DNA of 64,000 nucleotides from an uncultured Trueperaceae bacterium (lineage in GTDB: Bacteria > Deinococcota > Deinococci > Deinococcales > Trueperaceae), in NCBI GenBank assembly GCA_963799485.1, contig CAWCXJ010000007.1, forward strand, positions 384,001 to 448,000, given 5' to 3'. How positions within the stretch are numbered: the stretch's first letter is position 1; every line of letters starts with the position of its first letter. Below are positions 47,189 through 59,407 of this stretch, in pieces. Both the position numbers and the translations under genes were made by a program. Under the pieces are notes generated by a model, which was not told where the DNA came from, did no database searches, and saw only the letters and a program-made list of their open reading frames with translations.

Positions 47189-48418
47189 TCAAACCCGCCG
47201 AAACACCAGCGCCGCATTCTGCCCCCCAAACGCAAAATTGGTCGATAGCACATGCTCGGCCTGCACTTCCCGTGCACAGTTCGGGATGTAATCGAGGTCG
47301 CACTCGGGGTCGGTGTCTTCATAGTTACGCGTCGGCGGCAAAAAACCCTCTTTCAAGACCTGCGCGCAGGCAATCGCCTCGACGCCGCCCGCCGCGCCCA
47401 GCATATGCCCGGTCATCGACTTTGTAGACGAAACCGGCGGAACGTTCTCTTTGCCGCCGAAGACCGTTTTGTAGGCCAGCGTTTCGTTGAGATCGTTGAT
47501 GGGTGTACTCGTGCCGTGGGCGTTGATGTAGTCGATTTTGTCCGCGGGGATACCTGCCGACTTGAGCGCCCAGTTGATACAGCGCACCGCGCCCACGCCG
47601 CCCGGTGCCGAGGCGGTGATGTGGTGGGCGTCGGCAGAGGTGGCGTAGCCGATCACTTCAGCGTAGATGGTAGCGCCGCGAGCTTTGGCGCGTTCATACT
47701 CTTCTAAAACCAAAATACCGGCCCCTTCACCCGCGACGAAGCCGTCGCGGGACGCCGTAAACGGGCGTGAAGCCGTCTCCGGCGAGTCGTTGCGGGTCGA
47801 GAGCGCTTTCATCACCGCAAAGCCGCCGATACCCATCGGAGTCACGCACGCTTCGCTACCGCCCGTAATCATGATTTCGGCCTCGCCGCGCTCGATGATG
47901 CGGTAGGCGTCGCCGATGGCGCCCGAACCCGTCGCGCAGGCGGTGACGACGGTGCTGGACGGCCCTTGCAAGCCGTAACGCATCGACACCTGACCCGAGG
48001 CCATGTTGGCAATCATCATCGGGATAAAAAACGGGCTCATCCGCATGGGCGAGCGTTCAAAACGAATTTTCGACTGTGCTTCCCAGGTGTCCAAACCGCC
48101 GATGCCGCTGCCGATACAGGTGCCGGTATGCTCCCCGGCTACGTCGTCTTCGCTGAGACCGGCGTCTTGCAAGGCCAGCGACGCGCCGACGAGCGCGAGC
48201 TGCACAAAACGGTCGAGGCGTTTGGCTTCTTTGCGGTCGATGTAGTCGGTTACCTCCACATCGACCTCCCCGGCAATCTGTACGGACAGGTCGGACGCGT
48301 CGAAGCGGGTAATTTTGCGAATGCCGTTTTTGCCCTCTTGTTGCGCCGCTAAAAAAGCCTTCGCTCCCACACCGATAGGTGCAACGGGGCCAAGGCCGGT
48401 AATGACAACTCGTTTCAT
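47189..48418 (-). CDS. fabF: 3-oxoacyl-ACP synthase II
   Basis: TACATG, NAHGTST, KSMTGHMLGA, NFAFGG. Confidence 0.97.
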   Translation of the reverse strand: MKRVVITGLGPVAPIGVGAKAFLAAQQEGKNGIRKITRFDASDLSVQIAGEVDVEVTDYIDRKEAKRLDRFVQLALVGASLALQDAGLSEDDVAGEHTGTCIGSGIGGLDTWEAQSKIRFERSPMRMSPFFIPMMIANMASGQVSMRYGLQGPSSTVVTACATGSGAIGDAYRIIERGEAEIMITGGSEACVTPMGIGGFAVMKALSTRNDSPETASRPFTASRDGFVAGEGAGILVLEEYERAKARGATIYAEVIGYATSADAHHITASAPGGVGAVRCINWALKSAGIPADKIDYINAHGTSTPINDLNETLAYKTVFGGKENVPPVSSTKSMTGHMLGAAGGVEAIACAQVLKEGFLPPTRNYEDTDPECDLDYIPNCAREVQAEHVLSTNFAFGGQNAALVFRRV

Positions 48419-48490
48419 CTTTCCAGTCTAACCTGTGACGGCGCAGCCTCTCAAAACGTGCCGTACCGCCCAGGTCAAGGTAGTTTTAGT

Positions 48491-48730
48491 TTACTTTTGC
48501 GCTGAGATAAAGTTTACGGCGTCGCCGACGGTGCGGATACCTTCGGCTTCTTCATCGCTGATTTCGATGCCGAACTCGTCCTCGAGCCCCATAATCAGCT
48601 CGACCACATCGAGCGAATCGGCTCCTAAGTCGTCCACAAACGACGCTTCTTCGGTGACGTTGCCGGGTTCGGCGTCGAGCTTGTCGGCGGCAACTTCTTT
48701 AATCTTGGCTAAAATCTCACTTCTGTCCAT
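48491..48730 (-). CDS. acpP: Acyl carrier protein
   Basis: [12 protein letters not shown] phosphopantetheine site; GGAGG RBS. Confidence 0.97.
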   Translation of the reverse strand: MDRSEILAKIKEVAADKLDAEPGNVTEEASFVDDLGADSLDVVELIMGLEDEFGIEISDEEAEGIRTVGDAVNFISAQK

Positions 48731-48829
48731 AACGGTTCCTCCGGGTTAGGTCTCAAAACACTGGATTCTAACATAAGGGGTAGCTGCAAAAATTCTATCA
48801 CAGGGTGTAACGGCTGCCCCAGCGCCGCC

Positions 48830-49588
48830 CTAATGTAATACCATGCCGCCGTCTACCGTCAAGGTCTGACCGTTTACATAAGACGCGCTTTCGCCTGCAA
48901 AAAAGGCGACGGCGGCGGCTACTTCGTCGGGCTGTCCAAAACGGCCCGCAGCGATTCTCGAGAGGAAGGTGTGCTTGAGCTGTTCGGGCAGGCCTTCGGT
49001 CATATCCGAGTCGATAAACCCCGGCGCGACGGCGTTGACGGTGATGCCTTTCGCGCCGTATTCCTGCGCGAGTGCCCGCGTCAGACCGATAAGCCCTGCT
49101 TTGGACGCGACGTAATTCACTTGTCCGGGGTTGCCGTTAAGCGCCACGACCGACGAGATATTGATGATGCGGCCCCACTTGCTGGCGAGCATCCCGCGCA
49201 GCGCGGTTTTAGACAAGATAAAGGCGCTCGTCAAGTTTGTATCCATGACCGTATGCCAGTCGCTGCTCTTAAGCCGCAAGGCGAGGCCGTCTCTGGTGAT
49301 GCCCGCGTTGTTGACCAAAATGTCCAGGCTGCCGAAGTGTTCCTGCACCGCCTTGACGAGCGCTACACACGCATCTTCCTGGGAAACGTCGGCTTGAAAC
49401 ACCGCAGCTTCTCCGTTCCCGGCGCCTATTTCCTCAGCCACGGCCTGCGCCGCCGTTTGCGAACCGGCGTAGTGAACCGCGACCCGGTAGCCGAGTTTGC
49501 CGAACTGCAGGGCAACCGCGCGGCCCAGACCACGGCTCGAGCCCGTTACCAATACGACTTTGGCTTGGGTAGGTGTTTGCGTACTCAC
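48830..49588 (-). CDS. fabG: 3-oxoacyl-ACP reductase
   Basis: TGSSRGLG, NNAGITRD, YVASK, APGFI. Confidence 0.96.
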   Translation of the reverse strand: MSTQTPTQAKVVLVTGSSRGLGRAVALQFGKLGYRVAVHYAGSQTAAQAVAEEIGAGNGEAAVFQADVSQEDACVALVKAVQEHFGSLDILVNNAGITRDGLALRLKSSDWHTVMDTNLTSAFILSKTALRGMLASKWGRIINISSVVALNGNPGQVNYVASKAGLIGLTRALAQEYGAKGITVNAVAPGFIDSDMTEGLPEQLKHTFLSRIAAGRFGQPDEVAAAVAFFAGESASYVNGQTLTVDGGMVLH

Positions 49589-50502
49589 AGCGCCTCCTCC
49601 AGACTTTTCATGTCCGTCACGGCTACCGCCGGGACACCTTTGAGGGTGCGTTTGACGAGTCCTGACAGGACGTTCCCCGAACCGAACTCGAGAAACCGGG
49701 TCACCCCCAACCCCTGCAACTTTTCCAAAGTTTCGACCCAGCGAACCGGCGCGGTCACCTGACGTTCCAAAAGCCCCGGCGCGTCTCCGACAACTTCCAG
49801 AATGTCCGCCGTAACATTGCAGACAATCGGTACCTGTAGCGGCTGAAACCGCACCGCTCGTAAATCTTCAGCCAACTTTTCCGCCGCCGGACGCATCAGA
49901 CTGCAGTGAAAAGGTGCGGAGACGTTGAGCATCACGGTTCTTGCGCCTTCGGCTTTAAGCCGCTCGGCTGCCCTCTCGACCGCTGCCGCTGCCCCCGAAA
50001 CGACGGTTTGTTCGGGCGCGTTGAGGTTGGCGATTTCGACAACTTGCCCGGTTGCTGCCGCCGTTTCGGTGCAGACCTGCTCGACGTGGTTACGGTCTGT
50101 TTTTAGAACCGCCGCCATCGCCCCCCGACCACTCGGCACCGCCTCTTGCATGTAGCGACCGCGCTTGTAAACGAGTTTTACGGCGTCCGCCAGATTCAGC
50201 GACCCCGCCGCGACGTGCGCCGTAAACTCGCCGAGGCTGTGGCCTGCCAGGTACGCGGGAGTTTCGCCGCCCGCTTCACGGTACGCCGCAAACGCCGCTA
50301 CGCCTGCTGCAACAAGTGCGGGTTGCTGATTAGCGGTGAGTTTGAGTGCGTCCTCGGGACCGTCCCACATCAGCGCCAAGAGGCCGGGCAGCGCGGCTTC
50401 AGCCCTATCGAGGACTTCTCTAGCAGCAGCACTGCCGCCGTAAAGGTCTTTCGCCATGCCGACGACCTGCGAGTTTTGACCGGGAAACAAGGCGGCAATC
50501 AT
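49585..50502 (-). CDS. fabD: Malonyl-CoA:ACP transacylase
   Basis: FPGQ, GHSLGE, VSAPFH, PVRW; ATGA overlap with fabH. Confidence 0.96.
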   Translation of the reverse strand: MIAALFPGQNSQVVGMAKDLYGGSAAAREVLDRAEAALPGLLALMWDGPEDALKLTANQQPALVAAGVAAFAAYREAGGETPAYLAGHSLGEFTAHVAAGSLNLADAVKLVYKRGRYMQEAVPSGRGAMAAVLKTDRNHVEQVCTETAAATGQVVEIANLNAPEQTVVSGAAAAVERAAERLKAEGARTVMLNVSAPFHCSLMRPAAEKLAEDLRAVRFQPLQVPIVCNVTADILEVVGDAPGLLERQVTAPVRWVETLEKLQGLGVTRFLEFGSGNVLSGLVKRTLKGVPAVAVTDMKSLEEAL

Positions 50503-51497
50503 GCGCCGCTGCCCCAAGTGAGAACCGTTGCGGCCCACGTCAGACCTGCGCCGAAGGCGACCAGTAGAAGGTGGTCGCCCTCGTGGATGCGGTTTGACTC
50601 GAGCCCCACCTTCAGCGCCAGCGGAATACTCGCCGTCGAGTTGTTGCCGTACTCGTCTACGGTGACGATGACCCGCTCCGGCGGCAACCCCAGCCGCTCC
50701 CGCGCCGCTTCGATAATTCGCAAGTTTGCCTGGTGCGGGACGAACAGGCCGATGTCGGGGGGCGTCAGTCCTGCTTTTTCTACCGCCTGCAGGGTCGCCG
50801 TGTCCATCACCCGCACCGCAAACTTAAAGACCTCGCGCCCGTTCATATAGATATTTTCTGACAAGGGCGCGCCACCGGGCAAGCAAGGTGCGATGGCCTT
50901 GCGGCTCAGATGCGCGGCTCCGGCACCGTCGGTTCCTAAAACGAATGAGCGAAAGCCAAAGGGTTCGGGAACAGCTTCAACAATTGCAGCCCCGGCTCCG
51001 TCACCGAACAAGACGGCGGTCGAGCGGTCGTCCCAATCGACGATTTTGCTCAGTGCTTCAGCGCCGATGGCCAAAACCTTTTTCATCTTGCCCGCTTCGA
51101 CGTAGCCCTGCGCGACTGAAAGGGCGTAGAGCCAGCCCGGACACGCCGCCAACAGGTCGAACGCACCCGCACGGAGCTTGAAGTGATCTTGAACCAGAGC
51201 GGCGGTCGAAGGGAAGAGCGCGTCGGGGGTATTGGTCGCGACGATAATCATCTCCACGCCGTCCAGCACCCCTTCACCGTGACGCGCCACGAGGTCCTCA
51301 ACGCTCCTAATCGCCAGCTGCGAGGTAAATTCATCTTCGGCAGCGATGTGCCGGGTTTTGATGCCGGTGCGCCCTGTAATCCAGGCGTCGCTGGTGTCCA
51401 TCATCTTTTCCAGGTCGGCGTTACTTAGAACGCGTTCGGGGGCGTAAGCGCCGAGCGCGGTAATGCCTGAGCGTAGTGGCGCTGCAAAAGTACTCAC
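50499..51497 (-). CDS. fabH: 3-oxoacyl-ACP synthase III (operon copy)
   Basis: AACPGW, PHQAN, YGNNSTAS, AFGAGLTW; start at GTG 51497. Confidence 0.95.
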   Translation of the reverse strand: MSTFAAPLRSGITALGAYAPERVLSNADLEKMMDTSDAWITGRTGIKTRHIAAEDEFTSQLAIRSVEDLVARHGEGVLDGVEMIIVATNTPDALFPSTAALVQDHFKLRAGAFDLLAACPGWLYALSVAQGYVEAGKMKKVLAIGAEALSKIVDWDDRSTAVLFGDGAGAAIVEAVPEPFGFRSFVLGTDGAGAAHLSRKAIAPCLPGGAPLSENIYMNGREVFKFAVRVMDTATLQAVEKAGLTPPDIGLFVPHQANLRIIEAARERLGLPPERVIVTVDEYGNNSTASIPLALKVGLESNRIHEGDHLLLVAFGAGLTWAATVLTWGSGA

Positions 51498-51523
51498 CGT
51501 AAAACGTCCGTTCTGGCATCCAC

Positions 51524-51548
51524 AAAAAAAGGCTGCTTCATGCAGCCC
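51524..51548 (-). terminator. Intrinsic terminator after rpmF
   Basis: Minus strand GGCTGC-ATGAA-GCAGCC-T7. Confidence 0.75.
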
Positions 51549-51592
51549 TACTCTAACGCCAAAGTGTCCCCGAGTCTCGAGGGTTGAGCGGA

Positions 51593-51781
51593 TTACGCTT
51601 CGACGTCTAGGACTTGACGACCGGCGTAAGAACCGCAGTGCGGGCAAACGATATGTGAAGGTTTGAGCTCACGGCACTGCGAGCAGGCGACGAGATTGGG
51701 GGGAGTGAGGGCGTCGTGGGCGCGGCGTGAATCGCGCGACGAGCTCGAGGTGCGCTTTTTGGGTACGGGGTGCTTGGCCAT
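51593..51781 (-). CDS. rpmF: 50S ribosomal protein L32 (Zn-binding form)
   Basis: MAKHPVPKKRTS; CSQC...CPHC; AAGGAG RBS. Confidence 0.96.
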   Translation of the reverse strand: MAKHPVPKKRTSSSSRDSRRAHDALTPPNLVACSQCRELKPSHIVCPHCGSYAGRQVLDVEA

Positions 51782-51804
51782 GCTATAAAACTCCTTTTAT
51801 GCTG

Positions 51805-52368
51805 TTAAAGCTCGATATCTTTAAGCGACTCGAAAGGGGACGGGGAGCGCTTGTCGGACGCGACCGGCGCGGCGTGTTCAGGGTGGTCGTTCAAGTTTAC
51901 GCCGTCGAGCGACAGGCCCCGGCAGTCCTCTTTGCAGAGTACCGTTAAAGGCGATTCTATCGCAAAAGCCTGCACGAGGAGCGGGGCAAAGTCAACCGTG
52001 GGTTGAGAAAAGACCAGTACGTCGTCCTCGTCGTCGTTCTCGAGCAGTTTAAGGACCTCGCCGCCTTTTCTCGGACGGTAGAGCATCGGGTAGATGAGCG
52101 TACTGCGTACCGGCGTCTCGACTTCGGTGAGGCAGCGGCGGCACTCCTGCACGACCGGCCCGGAAACGCTTCCGGTCAAGATGTAGTCGTCGCCGCCGGT
52201 GGCGCGCACGGTTAAATCCCAGTGGAGCGGCCCGGCGACGTGTAGACCGTCGGCTTGGAGCAGTTCGGCGCTCGGCGCAAGCTCACCCTCACCGCTGACC
52301 TCTTCACCCAACTCGGGGTCGAGTTTTAGGAGCGTAGCTAAATTGAGCGTGGCATCTTGTTGCGACAT
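51805..52368 (-). CDS. yceD: YceD/DUF177 family protein
   Basis: ECRRCL, LCKEDCRGL, SPFESLK; directly upstream of rpmF. Confidence 0.9.
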   Translation of the reverse strand: MSQQDATLNLATLLKLDPELGEEVSGEGELAPSAELLQADGLHVAGPLHWDLTVRATGGDDYILTGSVSGPVVQECRRCLTEVETPVRSTLIYPMLYRPRKGGEVLKLLENDDEDDVLVFSQPTVDFAPLLVQAFAIESPLTVLCKEDCRGLSLDGVNLNDHPEHAAPVASDKRSPSPFESLKDIEL

Positions 52369-52425
52369 CTCTCAAGAATATAGGCTTCGCCGCTGCCCAG
52401 TCAAGGTGACCTGAACAAAAGCGGC

Positions 52426-53508
52426 TCACGTCCAGTAGAGCACCGGCGCTGCCGGAAACCGCACGGCAAGCTCGGTTTCAAAAAATGTCCGCAATTCGTT
52501 CATCACGTCTTTGCCGTAAACGTACTTGAGGCCGCCGAACTTGTTGCGTTTGACGGCGCGTTCCGACTCGTTCATCGCGAGCCCTGAGTTCGGGTACCAA
52601 CCCTCCAAGACCTCTTTGGAGCCGGGTGTAAACCGATGGCTGATGAGTTCAAAGGTGAGGTCGCAGGGGAGTGGCGTGGCTTCCTCGAGGCGCTCCAAAA
52701 GCGCAGTGTAGTGCTCGCGCCAGCCCTCGACGGGCATAATCGGGGCAATGACGACGCCGACCGGATACCCGTCTTCGGCGAGCTTGCGGAGGCCACCGAT
52801 TCGTTCAGCGACCGGCGCGGTGCCGCCCTCGAGCCTCCGGCTGACGGGTGCGGCGTTGACCGACACGCGCGCCCGCGTTTTGCCGTTATGTGCCAACCCC
52901 AAAAGCGGCTCCACGGCGCTGAACTTGCTGACCCAGCGGAGCTGCGCGTCCGTGCGGGTACCGAAGTAACGCACGCATTCTGACAAGCTGCCGGTCAGGT
53001 GTTCTAAAGCGAGCGGGTCGGTGTAGCACGACGCTTCAAAGGTCGTAAGCCGACCGGGCTTTTCATAAGCTGCAAGGCCGCCCAGAATCTCGGGCAAGTT
53101 CGCGTAAACGCGGGTAATAGGTGGCCCCGAAAGCGACCCCGCCAGGTAGCAGTACTGACAGTGCGCCGGACAGCCTTTCGCCAGGTGAAACTGCCAGTCT
53201 GCCGAGGGCGGAATCGGCTGGAGCTTCATCATGCTCGGCGGCGCGTTGACCACCGCCAGAGTGCTTTTCGCCAAGCGGTAGGTCTCGCGCTCGTCTTTGC
53301 CTTTCAAGCTCGGCAGGCGGTTGCCGCCGAGTTCGGTGACGTTCAGACCTAGCGCCGTGACACGCTCGAGGATTCTCCGACCGAACGGCTGCGCCAGCGC
53401 GTCGGCGGTAAAAAAGATGCGTTTGGGTTGCCACGATTTCCGGCCCGGTTGCTGAGCTGGTTTGGGCGCGGTAACGGCTTGCGGCGAGAGCGTAGCGGCA
53501 GGGGGCAT
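52426..53508 (-). CDS. splB: Spore photoproduct lyase family radical SAM enzyme
   Basis: GCPAHCQYCYL, FEASCYTD, RFTPGSK, KFGGLKYVY. Confidence 0.88.
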   Translation of the reverse strand: MPPAATLSPQAVTAPKPAQQPGRKSWQPKRIFFTADALAQPFGRRILERVTALGLNVTELGGNRLPSLKGKDERETYRLAKSTLAVVNAPPSMMKLQPIPPSADWQFHLAKGCPAHCQYCYLAGSLSGPPITRVYANLPEILGGLAAYEKPGRLTTFEASCYTDPLALEHLTGSLSECVRYFGTRTDAQLRWVSKFSAVEPLLGLAHNGKTRARVSVNAAPVSRRLEGGTAPVAERIGGLRKLAEDGYPVGVVIAPIMPVEGWREHYTALLERLEEATPLPCDLTFELISHRFTPGSKEVLEGWYPNSGLAMNESERAVKRNKFGGLKYVYGKDVMNELRTFFETELAVRFPAAPVLYWT

Positions 53509-53756
53509 AGGCTCCTTTGTCGGGTTTTGGCTGAGGTGAGGAAAAGCTTTCTAGGGTCAGACCGGATCGTTTTCGTCCGCTCACGACCTGCTGATACCCA
53601 AAATTATAGCGCGTCAAACGCCGAAAAAAGCCCGAGCAGACTACACTTTTCTCGTCCAGCAGGGCTTTTGGGAAGGTTACAAAGCACCTCACAGCTGAGG
53701 TAGCCGATGACACCGGGTTTAGCAAAGCGTGTTCGGGAAAGTAGCGGTTTGGAGTG

Positions 53757-54203
53757 TCAGGGGCGGCGCTCGAGCCCGAACTCTCCGGCGGGCGTGCGAT
53801 TTGCCGTCTCACTGTTAAAAAACCAGCCGCCTGAGTATGTGTTCTCGGTCATCGGCCCCGACCACGTGAGGCCGTAAAACTCGGCGGGTGAAACGGTGGG
53901 CTGAAGTTCGCCCAGGGGTAGCTCGAAGATAAAAATTTCCCCTTCGTCATTCGTACCGTTATAAAATCCAGAGACGTTATAGACGGTGTCGCCTACCGTA
54001 AAAACGCCGGTGTAGTCGCCTCCCGTTTCGGTTCGGGTGATTTCGGCGGTAAACGGCTCTGTTCCCGAACCGCCGGTTGTGGTCGTCAGTGTCCCTTGCC
54101 ATGACCCTACCGGACTCACTAAAGGCTGCGCTTCACGGTTACACGCCGCAAGCATCATGAAAATTACCGTAAACAGCCCGAACCGCAAAACCTGTTTGTT
54201 CAT
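53757..54203 (-). CDS. Lipoprotein of unknown function
   Basis: MNKQ...MLAAC lipobox, beta-rich mature part; promoter TTGACA-17-CATACT 6 nt before the ATG. Confidence 0.7.
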   Translation of the reverse strand: MNKQVLRFGLFTVIFMMLAACNREAQPLVSPVGSWQGTLTTTTGGSGTEPFTAEITRTETGGDYTGVFTVGDTVYNVSGFYNGTNDEGEIFIFELPLGELQPTVSPAEFYGLTWSGPMTENTYSGGWFFNSETANRTPAGEFGLERRP

Positions 54204-54267
54204 GTGCAAAGTATGGGCTGCCTTTTTAGACTTGTCAATACAGTGGGCACAAAATAGTGGGCACGGA

Positions 54268-54873
54268 CTAAACAAGTTTCCAGAGCTTCAAAATACTCAA
54301 AAGCGGTGGCAGTGGGTCTTGCCAGAACCAGCCGGGTTCCAGCTTTAATCCTGCCAGCACCTCGCTCTCGAACGCGCCGTCTTTTAGCTGCACCAGTTCG
54401 TAGATGCCGCGCGCGCTGAGCCGGTAAAACTCGGCCTGCTCGCGGTCGGGGTCGATAAGCCAGTACTCTTTGACGCCCGCTTGCTCGTATTCGTAAAACT
54501 TTTCGCCCCTGTCCCTTACGCGGCTTTCGGGGCTGATGATTTCAACGGCAAGGTCGGCAGGGCCGGCAAGACGGTTTTTCTGAAGCCGCGAGAGGTTCTC
54601 ATTTGCCACAAACAAGATATCGGGTTCACGCCCCGGTAAATCCGGCCCCAGCTTCATCTGATAGGGAGCGGGCAGAAGAATCCCCATATCGGACGCTTCA
54701 GCAAAAGCGCTGAGGCTCGCAACCAGAAAACGAACAATAAGCTGATGGCGGGTAGAAGGCGGTGTCAAGAACACGACCTTACCACCTACCCATTCTGCCG
54801 GCGTGTCCTCACCGGCCCACTCAAGAAACGCTTCGTAGCTCATCTCGAGCGGATTTTTCGGCGTTTCAGTCAC
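54268..54873 (-). CDS. Uma2 family endonuclease-like protein
   Basis: EPDILFV, DLAVEIISP, KFYEYEQAGVKEYWLIDP. Confidence 0.9.
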   Translation of the reverse strand: MTETPKNPLEMSYEAFLEWAGEDTPAEWVGGKVVFLTPPSTRHQLIVRFLVASLSAFAEASDMGILLPAPYQMKLGPDLPGREPDILFVANENLSRLQKNRLAGPADLAVEIISPESRVRDRGEKFYEYEQAGVKEYWLIDPDREQAEFYRLSARGIYELVQLKDGAFESEVLAGLKLEPGWFWQDPLPPLLSILKLWKLV

Positions 54874-54901
54874 GCCTCAGCATAGCGCATTTCACCGGGG
54901 T

Positions 54902-57851
<2,950 letters not shown>

Positions 57852-57854
57852 GCT

Positions 57855-59147
57855 CTAGTCTACCCTTGCCTTTTGCTCGGAGGTCTCTGCAGGAGTTTCT
57901 TCTGCCTGCTCTTTGTTTAGCGGGTAAACCTGTACGTCCGCGCCTGCGCCCGTATAAGCCGGGCGTTTTAAGAGGTAGGTCTCGAGCACCAGCTTACCGA
58001 GCGCCACTGTCGGTACGGCAAAAATCGCCCCGACCAGCCCGAACGTCCCGAGCCCGAAGGTGATGGCGATTAAAACCGTAACCGGGTGCAGGTTCGTCGA
58101 ACGCGACAAGATAAAAGGCGAGAGCAAATTGCCCTCCAACTGATTGGCGACGATGAACAAGATAATGACCAAAAGCGCCGAGGTAAAGGGTGTTTGAGTG
58201 GTGAGTCCCAACAAAATTGCCGGAATCGCGCCGACAATAGACCCCAGGTACGGCACCAGGTTGAGCACCGCTGCTAAAAAGCTGATCGCCAGCGGCAAAC
58301 GAATCCCGATTAACAGCAGGCCGATATAGAGAAATATCCCCAGCACAAGAGCAATAAGCAACTGTCCACGCAGATAGCCACCGACGGCAATATCGGCCTT
58401 TTTACCGATGTCTTCGTATACGGCGCGGTAACGAACCGGAATAAAGCGTTTGAAATTGGCGATAAACTTGGGAAAGTCGTTGAGGAAGTAGGCGCTTGCC
58501 ACCAGAATCAAAAAAACTTGCAAGGTCGTCGAAAAGATGCCGGTTGCGCCCGAGAGCAAAAAGCCCGGCCCCTGATTGAGGATGTTCTCCAAAAGATTGG
58601 TAATCCCGACCGACGCCTGGTCGAATAGCGCGATAATCCTTGCTTCGACCTCGCCGGCAACGTTATCGTTTCCAGCAGCAACGCCGAAACGGTCAGTTAA
58701 AAAAGCGGGCAGCCGGTCTTGCCAACTCGCAAAAAATTCTGAAGCGTTGGTAAGCAGCGGTCTCAGCGCGTCGAGCGCGCGCGGTACCGCATTGACAAAG
58801 CGCCCGAGCTGACCGACGATCTGGGTGAGCAAGTAGGTGCCAAAAACAAGCAGCAACACTACGAGGATGTAGACGATGACCGTTGCCGGCGCGCGGCGGA
58901 TACGGACGCGGCCCATGCCGTCAACCAGCGGATTCAAGATGTAGGCGATGATAAAACCGATGAGCGCGGTTTGCAGCGCGAACGCGTAGTTGGCGCGGAA
59001 GTAGATCAAAATCCAGATGACGGCGACGAGCAAGACGAGCTGCACAGTGGCCCGTACCCAGACGTTGCGCCAGACGACCTCGAAGGCCGTCGGGTTTCTT
59101 ACCGCTTCGCGGTTGGCGCGGACGCCGCTCTTTCCCTCGTTATCCAC
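57855..59147 (-). CDS. AI-2E family transporter
   Basis: AYILNPLV, GGYLRGQ, LNLVPYLG, QLEGN, LHPV. Confidence 0.92.
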   Translation of the reverse strand: MDNEGKSGVRANREAVRNPTAFEVVWRNVWVRATVQLVLLVAVIWILIYFRANYAFALQTALIGFIIAYILNPLVDGMGRVRIRRAPATVIVYILVVLLLVFGTYLLTQIVGQLGRFVNAVPRALDALRPLLTNASEFFASWQDRLPAFLTDRFGVAAGNDNVAGEVEARIIALFDQASVGITNLLENILNQGPGFLLSGATGIFSTTLQVFLILVASAYFLNDFPKFIANFKRFIPVRYRAVYEDIGKKADIAVGGYLRGQLLIALVLGIFLYIGLLLIGIRLPLAISFLAAVLNLVPYLGSIVGAIPAILLGLTTQTPFTSALLVIILFIVANQLEGNLLSPFILSRSTNLHPVTVLIAITFGLGTFGLVGAIFAVPTVALGKLVLETYLLKRPAYTGAGADVQVYPLNKEQAEETPAETSEQKARVD

Positions 59148-59162
59148 GCGCTGAGTTTAGCA

Positions 59163-59338
59163 CGCACCCCTGCAGGTGCCGACGGTAGCACCCGGCAGAT
59201 TTTTCGGGCAGGTTTCAACGCGGGGCCGCGAGCCTCGGTGCCAACAGCTTTTGATCCGAGCAGTCGTGGTCGCTACCCTCAACCCGCCCTGCGCGACATA
59301 GATTCGACGACATAGATTTGACGTCGACTTGGGGTGCA
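59163..59338. ncRNA. Candidate structured ncRNA (6S-like rod); strand uncertain
   Basis: Nested complementary segments over ~175 nt of intergenic DNA (see findings). Confidence 0.35.
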
Positions 59339-59407
59339 TCTTTTGGCAAACTGTCCGGTTCCCCAACATTGCGGCGGCGAGGGTTTGCTCGAGTCCCGTC
59401 TCAGCCG

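Noticed and set aside
46426..47195. Target-site duplication (CTAAAAA..TCAA) flanking the AT-rich orphan gene
   Set aside because: Short, imperfect and low in complexity; no mobility gene
53509..53756. DdrO/RDRM or LexA operator upstream of splB
   Set aside because: No convincing palindrome found by eye
54268..54873. Uma2 gene as part of a restriction or defence system
   Set aside because: Solitary, with no methyltransferase or partner; this family is commonly scattered in genomes
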